64,000 nucleotides of DNA from a virus, in the IMG/VR virus record IMGVR_UViG_3300026290_000007; one strand, given 5' to 3'. Under the pieces are notes generated by a model. The model saw only the letters and a list, made by a program, of their open reading frames with translations. It had not been told where the DNA came from and made no database searches. The stretch's first letter is position 1. Each line of letters opens with the position of its first letter. This document shows positions 40,635-49,900 of this stretch, piece by piece. The position numbers and the translations under genes were made by a program.

Positions 40635-42863
40635 TTAGATTATATCTGAAAATAAAGAATACGAAGTAGCTTCTGTATCGTTCGTCGTAAGCACAAACTC
40701 CATAATACCTGTTTTGGTAGGAGTAAAATAAACAGTAAGCTGTTCCCAAGTGTCACTTTCGGCAGTTGCAGTTGAAGAAAATTCCATGCCCAATCCTCTG
40801 CAAACCAATTGAGGCTTTTTGTCCACGGCAGTATTGATGTGCTTTACTCTTACTAGTTTTATAACGTCTCGGTTTGCTTCAACTGGAAACTTAAATACTA
40901 TCTGGCCAACTCCTTGTAATTTTAACGCAGGGGGTTTTTCAAAATAATTTTCCCAATCAACAGAATAGTCAGGAGTTTCAAAAGGACCCAGATCAACAAC
41001 ACCATTTCCTCCAACTCGCTCATTACCCACAATATCTTTTGGTAAGGCTAGTCTCATGGTTTCGCCGAAACTAAACTCTGCAATACACAGGTATGAATGT
41101 CCATTGTTTGCTGTAACGTTAATCCTAAAATAACGATACCAGACAGGGCTAGACAAATAATATGTTTTTTCTTCGGCGTTGTCAAATGTTTGTTCTGTTT
41201 GCGTATCAATAACTTCCCAGTCAACGTTATTATTGCTTCCTTCAAATGTCCAATCTCTAGGTGATGATGTAATGCCATCGGTGTGGTTTCTGCTAGCTAA
41301 CCTGTAATAATCTACCCTGGTATTTCTGCCAGTATCATATGCTAACCAACCAGTAGTTGTTCCGTTGACTGTAGCCCAGCAATCAGTGTTATCAGTGTTA
41401 GTTTGATTAAATGCTTTCCAGCCTTCGTAGGTAGAATTATACACAGAGCTCCGCGAAACAACATAAGGAGCAGGAGCTGAGTTCGATGTCATTACTCTGG
41501 TTGCAGGGATAAAAGCTAGACCGCCGTCTGCAATGCCTTTCCTCATTAATATGTCTATATTGATGTCTAATAAAAGCGGTGCAATATTAGAAGTAGAGCT
41601 AGACTGGTACGACTTAATATTAAGATGTGTTCCTGTGTTGTATGCAGCTCCAGTAGTCCAAAACGTTGCACAATTGTTACTGTAGCCTCCATAGTAACCA
41701 TAGACATTATACATAGAAATAGAGTTATAGCTCCATCCTCCGTAGTAGCCATAGTATCCGCCCATTGCTAGGCAGTTAAAACTTCTACTGCCGTGAAATA
41801 CTCCAGCATTAGTATTGGCTCCACCCATTCCTGTGCAGTTGTAACATTCGCAGTATGAATATCCCATATACCCGCCTGCGAAACAATCATAGCAAATAAG
41901 ATAACCAAATCCATTATATCCATTGGCTCTAACTCTTCTGCATATTTGTCCATTGCCGCCATACTGTACAGTTCCATAAAGTAAATATTGGTTATAGACT
42001 CCACCATCAACCCAAACATCCCAAAGCTCCACGTATGCACCAAACCATTTTATTAACGGAGTTGCAGCTGTGTTTGGTACTTCATTAACATCGCAACCAG
42101 TTATCCTTACAATTCCAGGATGGTCGTTTGTTAAATATAAACAATTAGGGTCTCCAGCAAATATAATTCTGTGCTCACTATCAGTTCCACCATTAACAAA
42201 TGAGACATATTCTCTATATGTTCCTGGGCCTATATAAACATAAGTATCTCCGTCTAATGTGCTCAAGACCTCATTGGCTGCTTTAGAAATTGTAGCCCAT
42301 GCTGTTGTAGGGCTTAGCCCGTCGTTGTTGTCGTCTCCATTCTGTTGACTTACATAATAAATACTATCTCCAGGGATTGCCTGCCAAAGGCTAAATTCGT
42401 CAAGTCCAGTGTTTGCTACCCCGCCCTGGTTTGCAGTTATATATATCCTATAATATCTGTAAGCCGTTTCGTTGGGGATTGAAAAAACTTTTGGTTCGTT
42501 ACCATGACTCCATACAACTGTTTGTGTGTCAAGTACATCCCATGAAATATTATCATGACTTCCCTCGAATGTCCATGTTTTTGGACTTTGAGCAAGACCT
42601 GTAGATGCTTCCCAAACGCTACTTCGAGCAACTACTTTATAAGCGTTAACCAGCTGTGGCGTTGACAAATCAACAGACAACCAACTAGGAGTTGCTTGAT
42701 TAGAAATAGTTGCCCATCTAGAATTAGCATCAACCCCGTCAATTGCATAGTTAAACGCGCACCATGCTTCATGGTCTGCTGCATAGGCAGAACTACGCGC
42801 CACAACGTATGGTTCTGGAGTTGTGTTACTTGTCATTATAGGGCTTATTCTTTTGTAACGCAT
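40635..42863 (-). CDS. tailspike/depolymerase-like receptor-binding protein, paralog 3 (two discoidin modules)
   Basis: 742 aa. 'MTSNTTPEPYVVARSS', 'YYVSQQNGDDNNDGLSPTTAWATISKA', a second 'MTSNSAPAPYVVSRSS...WTFEGSNNNVDW', and C-terminal 'DLGPFETPDYSVDWENYF...KKPQLVCRGLG...SLFSDII'. Confidence 0.62.
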   Translation of the reverse strand: MRYKRISPIMTSNTTPEPYVVARSSAYAADHEAWCAFNYAIDGVDANSRWATISNQATPSWLSVDLSTPQLVNAYKVVARSSVWEASTGLAQSPKTWTFEGSHDNISWDVLDTQTVVWSHGNEPKVFSIPNETAYRYYRIYITANQGGVANTGLDEFSLWQAIPGDSIYYVSQQNGDDNNDGLSPTTAWATISKAANEVLSTLDGDTYVYIGPGTYREYVSFVNGGTDSEHRIIFAGDPNCLYLTNDHPGIVRITGCDVNEVPNTAATPLIKWFGAYVELWDVWVDGGVYNQYLLYGTVQYGGNGQICRRVRANGYNGFGYLICYDCFAGGYMGYSYCECYNCTGMGGANTNAGVFHGSRSFNCLAMGGYYGYYGGWSYNSISMYNVYGYYGGYSNNCATFWTTGAAYNTGTHLNIKSYQSSSTSNIAPLLLDINIDILMRKGIADGGLAFIPATRVMTSNSAPAPYVVSRSSVYNSTYEGWKAFNQTNTDNTDCWATVNGTTTGWLAYDTGRNTRVDYYRLASRNHTDGITSSPRDWTFEGSNNNVDWEVIDTQTEQTFDNAEEKTYYLSSPVWYRYFRINVTANNGHSYLCIAEFSFGETMRLALPKDIVGNERVGGNGVVDLGPFETPDYSVDWENYFEKPPALKLQGVGQIVFKFPVEANRDVIKLVRVKHINTAVDKKPQLVCRGLGMEFSSTATAESDTWEQLTVYFTPTKTGIMEFVLTTNDTEATSYSLFSDII

Positions 42864-42881
42864 AGTTCTTCCCCCAATCTA

Positions 42882-43334
42882 TTAGTCAATCGAGAATGCA
42901 AGACCATCAGCATAGAATACTAACATATCTCCAGAAGCAGGTGTTTTTGATGCATCTAAAGACATATAAGCAAGAATGTTCCCTGAACCGTTTTGAGCAT
43001 CAGTAATGAAACAATAAGTGATTGCAGTGCCTTCTCCAGCAGCCCATGGGCCAAACTGAATATCCGCAGCATTCTTGACAACAGCATATCCAGTTACATC
43101 TTCAACGGGTTCTGTAAAGGTAAAGTGCTGTCTGTGGTAGTTTGCGTCTGTAACTTCAGTAACCTGTGTCGTTAAAATATTGGTCTCTGTAATAGTTCCT
43201 TTTGCAAGACCTATGTAAAGACCAGATGCTCCGTCTGGAGCAGATGTTGGCGATCCGCCAGGTGCGGCCATTCCCTTTCTAAATAAGATATTCATTGCAA
43301 GTTTCTCGCCATAGTTTGTTAAACTTCCAGCCAT
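42882..43334 (-). CDS. small fibre-associated virion protein (unknown family)
   Basis: 150 aa and beta-rich. 'NYGEKLAMNILFRKG...LYIGLAKGT'. Located between the giant fibre gene and the tailspike array. Confidence 0.45.
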   Translation of the reverse strand: MAGSLTNYGEKLAMNILFRKGMAAPGGSPTSAPDGASGLYIGLAKGTITETNILTTQVTEVTDANYHRQHFTFTEPVEDVTGYAVVKNAADIQFGPWAAGEGTAITYCFITDAQNGSGNILAYMSLDASKTPASGDMLVFYADGLAFSID

Positions 43335-43337
43335 TGA

Positions 43338-43502
43338 TTAATTCCTCCTATTTTTAAATGCATCGCTAAAATTAGTTAGTGGTAATTTAAGATGAGCCTC
43401 AATATTATTAATAGCTTTGACTACAAGGTCTTCAAAGCTTTCCGAAGCCGCATCTAGAATAAACTTATTACCAACTTTAATTGCTTTTTTCTTGATACTC
43501 AT
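43338..43502 (-). CDS. hypothetical small protein
   Basis: The track gives a TTG at 43529. ATG at 43502 (MSIKKKAIK...) forms an ATGA overlap with the upstream stop and is preferred. Confidence 0.4.
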   Translation of the reverse strand: MSIKKKAIKVGNKFILDAASESFEDLVVKAINNIEAHLKLPLTNFSDAFKNRRN

Positions 43503-43948
43503 TTTGCAATAACCGCCTTTGGACAACAATGGACATTATCATCTTCTACAGTTATTATATGCAATCCTTTTATTTTGGTGGCAAAAATTAATTGTCCTTT
43601 GTTGTTTTGGTCAATATCAGTAATGATTTCCGCTCCATCGATGTCTACAACTACTGTTTTAATCCTCTCTTCTGGTTGCAAACCAAATAAGGTGACCGTC
43701 ACTAAAACCTCACTGTTTCCATCGGCAAAGACTTCATTTTTATCAATGTCAATGACCGCAGAAACTTTAGAGACAACTCTTTTCTTAAAAAGACGGAGAA
43801 GGGTTGGAGCCTCGTCTGGTGGCACGACGAGGCTACTTTTTTTGATTTCCAACCCTGGATATTGACTTTCAATTTCAGAAAGTGTATGAGTATTACCATC
43901 AAAAGCCTTAATTATTTTGTTGTCTTGAACCACAACATACATAGACAT
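43499..43948 (-). CDS. hypothetical protein with Ig-like (Big-type) segment
   Basis: 149 aa. 'VFADGNSEVLVTVTLFG...VVVDIDGAEI' resembles bacterial Ig-like domains. Directly downstream of the giant fibre gene. Confidence 0.45.
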   Translation of the reverse strand: MSMYVVVQDNKIIKAFDGNTHTLSEIESQYPGLEIKKSSLVVPPDEAPTLLRLFKKRVVSKVSAVIDIDKNEVFADGNSEVLVTVTLFGLQPEERIKTVVVDIDGAEIITDIDQNNKGQLIFATKIKGLHIITVEDDNVHCCPKAVIAK

Positions 43949-43960
43949 GTTAACTTCTCC

Positions 43961-46900
43961 TTAGCCATCGATAACAAGATAATTTACTTGAGGGTGTATC
44001 CCAGAGGGATTTACTTCAAGGTCTGCATAATAAAGAACTCCACGATGATACATCCGGCAGTCTTTCTGGTTTGTTGTAACATAGATATCGAATCTCATTT
44101 TTCCGGGAGGATGAACGTCACTCCAGAACCAGGCAGTACTAGTACTGCTATAATAAGTACTTTTATACCATTCATTTACCAATATGTCATTCCAATATAT
44201 CCTTACATAGAAACGAACATAGTGGTGCCCTCGGTGACGTCCGTGCCATTCACAATAAACTCCAAGCTGCGTAGCTGTATCATATATCGTCGATCCAGAT
44301 GAATGCTGGCCTGCCAAAATGTCAACATTCATTCTTTTCGAAGTCCAACTAATAGCGCTTTCTGTTTGTGAGGTAGAATATATTGGATATGTAACATAAG
44401 GAGTAAATTTGAAGTTGTTCTGGGCATCTCTTCCTGTAACTACATGAAACTTAGCATATTGATGACAATCACGATAAGCGCTTTCTGCATGATAAGTTTG
44501 GAAAAGCGCAGGAACAATAATAACTTTAGGGTTAGCCAACGCCCCAAGGGTTACTGTAGTACCTGAATAAACAGGGCCTCCTACGACGACATTCTTGGCG
44601 TAGTTAGAAATATGCGCACCAGTCGTAGAGTTATGAACCTCAAGACCGCTTGCTGTTAATACAGAACAGGTTCCATTCGCAGGATGGTTGATTCTAATCT
44701 CTTGATCTGAAATAGATACAGTACCACCGCCATCGGTATTGGTTAACTTAAATCCTGCACCGTTGACCAAAATCCCCTGAGTCATCAAGCCTGCACCAGG
44801 TTTACCCTCGGTATTGCCGATATTTACTATTTCTTTACCAGATGAGTTTTTAACAGTTATTCTGTCATTGGTAATCTGCAAGGCGGCATTTTCTGCAGAT
44901 GACGAAAGATTAAAAGCTCCATCGTTAATCGTAAGGCCATTAGTATCAAGTCTTACTTTTTCTGTTAGCCCATGCGATACTGTTATCGAATTAGGATTGA
45001 TCTTAAGGCTGCCGTCTTCAGATACGATGTTTAAGAATCCACCATGCACACTCAGTCCGTTTTCATCCAGTGTTACGTATTTGTTAACATCGGTTGAAGA
45101 TGCTACTTTAATGCCGTATGTGTCATTGATAACAACGCTTTTGCTTGGAAGATTTAATCCGAACCCGTTTTCGTTTAAAGCAAATATCTGATGAAATCCC
45201 TTGGTAAGACTAAGACCGAGTCCGTCCAGAACAAGACCGTATTCTTCACCTGAACCTAAAACTGTTTGCATTGAAAACTTACCATTGGTTACTTTGATCC
45301 CTGTATCATCTATTACTACATTACTATCACAAGAATCAATTTCGTTTGAGTGATTTACAAAACCGTGAGGTACGTCTCCGATGCTTAGCATAATGTCAGT
45401 GATAAATGCGTATGTCCCATCTTGTATTGCTGTAAATCTAACAACAGGAGGAATATCATGCTCCTGCATTACAGGAAGCCTTAGCAGAACATATTTGTAA
45501 GCTGAGTAACCATATTGTTGGTTGATACCTGGATCGTATACAGTTGCTACAATAGTATTATCATCAGGAGTAGTTGCAGGTGTAGCTCCAGTCGGTCGCT
45601 CTATAGTTATATTTAATGCTCCACTTATTAAGTAAACCCAGCAAGTAAAGATATACTTATTGCCAACAGCAACGTCATCTACAGTTTGGTAGAAATCGTC
45701 TCCAGTGTCTCCATTAAATTGAAACGCTGTTCTACCAGAAACCCCTGCTTTAAGCTCTGGACTTGAACCAGGGATTATAACATCAAGACCCGTTGTGATT
45801 TGTGCCGTTCCTTCCCAAGGAATAGTATTGAGTTTTCCTCCTCTACCGTTCCTGATTAGGTTAGATCCACCAAGACCTATTCGAAGTCCTGTTGCTACAA
45901 TTTGGCCATTTTCCATATAAATGTTGCCGTCTGGGCCTGTAATACTTAGAGATCCATCGAAGACATGAATGCCTAGCTTGTTTATTTCGACTTTCAGGAT
46001 ATTGTTGTCTCTTACTTCAATTCTAGGTCTGATATCCCCAGAAGTTCCATCAATCGTAAGAACCCCTGTTGTGATTGCATTGGCATGTATTCCATATTTG
46101 CCAGAGATAGCAACTGTCGGCTGAACTCCTGGGAGCATACCCTCTGGATAAAACGAAATACTTCCTCCGTCGCTATCAGGGTTCATGGTTCCAATGATCT
46201 TGATGCCGCCATCTTCTAGAATCTTAATCCCTTCATGATCCATCTTGACAAACGTTAACGGCGTAGCATCATTTGACTTAATAGAAATACCTGCAGTACC
46301 GCTGACTGTTATCCCTTCGGCCCCAATGTGTACGTCTCCACAGTTAATGTTTCCATTTCTAATATGTAGTCCTGGAGAAACGCTGTCGTGGCCTTTTGTT
46401 AGCTCAAAGCTAGAGTCGGCAAATGTTCCTAGGATTCCGTTTTCGTCTATAATAACACTGCTATCGAGCGAAGCAGATCTGATCTTGAAACTTCCGCTGA
46501 TGAGCATTTTTACTCCCTCACCAGGAATATCAGTGCCAGACATTTGAATTATTTTTTCGCCGATCTCGTTGAGAATACTGATTCCTGAGCCGTCGATACT
46601 TACTTTGTTTCCAAGCTGACCTTCGGGAGCAGTTGAAATATCAAAACCCCCGCCGTATAAAAATAGTTTATTATTCGGAATGTCTAAGTTGAAAAATCTA
46701 GAGCTATCCGCTCTATATGCACTCAAGCCGTTTTGGTTTAAAACAAGGCCTTGGTTGATGGAACTCTCGGCAGCAGTTTTAATTTCAAACTCTCCACCGT
46801 ATAGCGAAAACTTGCCTGTTGCTGAGTCTATTCTTACTGTCTTGGTGATATCGTTTTTGTATCCAGTAAGACCATCGCTGTTAATGATGAGCTTTCCAGT

Positions 46901-49900
46901 ATTAGGAGCCAAAGGAAGAAGACTAAGTTCTCCGTTCCAGATCCTTACTTGCCCGTCGCTTCCAATGTCTAATGTCTGACTGCTGTTGTTATAAGCCTTG
47001 ATGCCGTGCTCGTCAATCTCAACTCTCGCCATCGTAACAGGAGTGGTGCCTTGTTGCCAAGCAGTACTAATCGAGAAAGCTCCACCCATAATGGTGAGAC
47101 CGTCTCCGTCTAGTTTAGCGAATTTTAAAGGATCTCCATATGCGTCAGTTGTTTTGATAGCTGTAATTCCTTGAGAGGTAATCTTTACTTTGCCATATGC
47201 AGATTCAACATCAATAGCACCACCAAGAACTTTAATTCCTGCGCTGTTGATTTGAACCTTGCCGTTGGCTCCATATACTTCATCTCCATTTGGATTCCAT
47301 TGAGTCGCAAGGTCTCCGTCTTCAAGCTGTACCTTTGTTATCTTCAAAGTCCCTGTGCTTGTACCATACATGGTAATTTCAAGAGCAATCGAGATGATAC
47401 CAGAAGGCATTGTAACAGTGTGAGTAGATCTTACCCATCCGTCAGTGGTTCCCATTATAGGCTCATCTGCTAAGTTAACATATCCAGTAGCGGTGTTCAC
47501 AACAAGACGAATCCTTGCTTGTGTTCCTGTTATGTTTTGTGTCCATCTGTCATAAGACAGAGTAACAACCTTTCCATCCATGCCCACAGTGGGAATATTT
47601 TGTGTTACCGATATCGGGCCACTGATCTCGTACTGTTTATATAGTCTTAAACAATACGGCATACTCTCTGGCAACACTGCATCTTCTTCGATTGAAGCAA
47701 CGCTACCGCTGATGTTCCAGTTAAGTCCTAGGTTACCGCTAAAATCTTGCATACCAAAGGCAGAGTTAAGGATGTAGTTGTAACCACCCATTGTCAAATC
47801 AAGATTTTGGGCTCTGATCGCTTTGGCTGCAATCTTTTCTGAAGTTATAATTTCAGATTTAATATGCCTTGCTTCAATTGCTTCGGCTGCAATATTGATA
47901 GCATTGATAGTATTAGCATAAATTTGATTGCCGTGGATGGCGTCTACTGCTATGTCTTCGTTTCCGACTTGGCCAGGGACATAGTCGCGAGACTCATAAT
48001 CAGACGGAGAATAGTTAGAAACATTGCCAGCAGAGTCTGCGGTAGCCACTCTATATTGGTAGAACCTAGTGTACTCTAGAGGAGTATCAATATGGTATGA
48101 TCCTCTTCCGACGTATATGACTTCCCAGTTTGTCCATGTTCTGTTCTGTGCATCATGAGGGTCGGTTGTTGATCTTCTCTCTAAAACATTTCCAACAACC
48201 TTACTCATCGAAATAGGAACGTCCCAATGCAAGGCAATAAGGTTTTTACCGATGTTCACTCCGAAGTTAGTTGGAGCATCTATTGGACGTACGACACTGG
48301 AAGACAATCCAGATGCAACTCCGCTAAATGGGCCTTCATCGTTGAACTTGTTTGACGCTGTTACTTTAAAATAATAGATGGTGTTCGGAAATAAATTATG
48401 AGCTACGAAATCAACGTAAATAGGAGTAATGGTTGTCCCAGGATCTCTTACTGTTCCTACTTGGTAGTAAACCTGGTTGTCTTCGCTCATGTAGATTTTG
48501 TAATGATCGGCATAGTCAACCTGTAACCATCTAAGCTTGATCCAGACGTCTGGTTCATCTCCGTACAGAATGTTGGGAGTTACTGCATTATCTGTTTGCC
48601 ATATGACACCTGTATCTAGAGGCAAATCAATTGTTACTTCTCCTGGAACTATTCCTCCGCCAACAAAGTCAGTGATGTCGATAGATCTTATACCATCGCT
48701 AATCACCATTGCTGAATGGTTGCCAAAACTGTCTACAGCTCTGACTCTGAAATACCACAGATTATGATCAGACGTGTCGTATAGGTAATTAGTAATAACA
48801 GAAGGGATATTAACTGTTCTTGATATAGGATTAAATTCAGGATTGTCGGCAATATCAAGAGCATAATACGACAAATCAATACAAGTAGACTCATCTGTAT
48901 TTGTGGTTACAGGCTCCCACTCCACTCCGATTGCAAGTACCTTAGAGTTAACTCTTATTTCTGATGGAGCATTTGGAATAGTATCGTCGTCTGGAGCACC
49001 AGAAACCCAGTATGGAGTAGACCATATGTGGTATTTATTTTCCACAACAACCGCAAAGTCATGAATTACTCCACCTTCAAGTCCTGATACCCTAAAAGTC
49101 TTAGTATTTTTGTCCCTTATCGCAGTAAGTACAACAGGGGTTGCTGCGCCACCGTATAACACATTGTAGCTATCAAAGTAATCTAGCTCATTGCCTACAG
49201 GGTAATATTGCCATGAGATTATAGCATCAAAGAAGTTATTTCCTTTTGGTTCATATCTAATAGAGATATCATATTGATCAATGTCGCTTGGAGCTATATT
49301 GTATGTAGCCTGGAAAACATCTTCTACATATGTGCTTTCTGTGCCAGGAATTGATACCGCGGATATCCTATAATACACGTATGATCCATAGGGTACTGTA
49401 AACGAATAATATGAGCCTCCTGCTTCGTAAGGAACAGCTTGAGGAGCTGCCCATCGTATTCCGTCGTTTGACAGATATACATTATAATGTCCTACCTCTT
49501 GCGTACAAGAAATATCAAATCCTATAGTTGCAATCTCAGTACTTGTGGGAGAAAAATAAGGAGTTAGAATTACAGATGGTTGAGGTGGCTGAGTTGTATC
49601 TCCAGCTGTTACTGGCCCAACTTCACACGGATAGCTCTCTGCTCCGACTCCGTTATACGCAATTATCCTGTATAGGTATTCTCTACCATTAACGAGTTCC
49701 ATATCTGGGTACTCATATGTTGCAGACCCAGAAGGAATGTCGGCAATCATTTTGAACGGAAGACCTTGAGACGATCTATAGATTCTATAACCTTTAAGTG
49801 CAACGACAGGCGTCGGCGTAGCTTCATCGTTAGTAGTTACTTCACTCCACTCGAGTACAACACCAGAAGTACCATTAAATAGCCCTTCTGCTGTCACTAG

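Noticed and set aside
43862-44302. 146-aa plus-strand ORF spanning the junction of 43499..43948 and the giant fibre gene
   Set aside because: It is antisense to two strongly supported genes, has no SD and has implausible composition. I take it as a chance ORF in AT-rich DNA.
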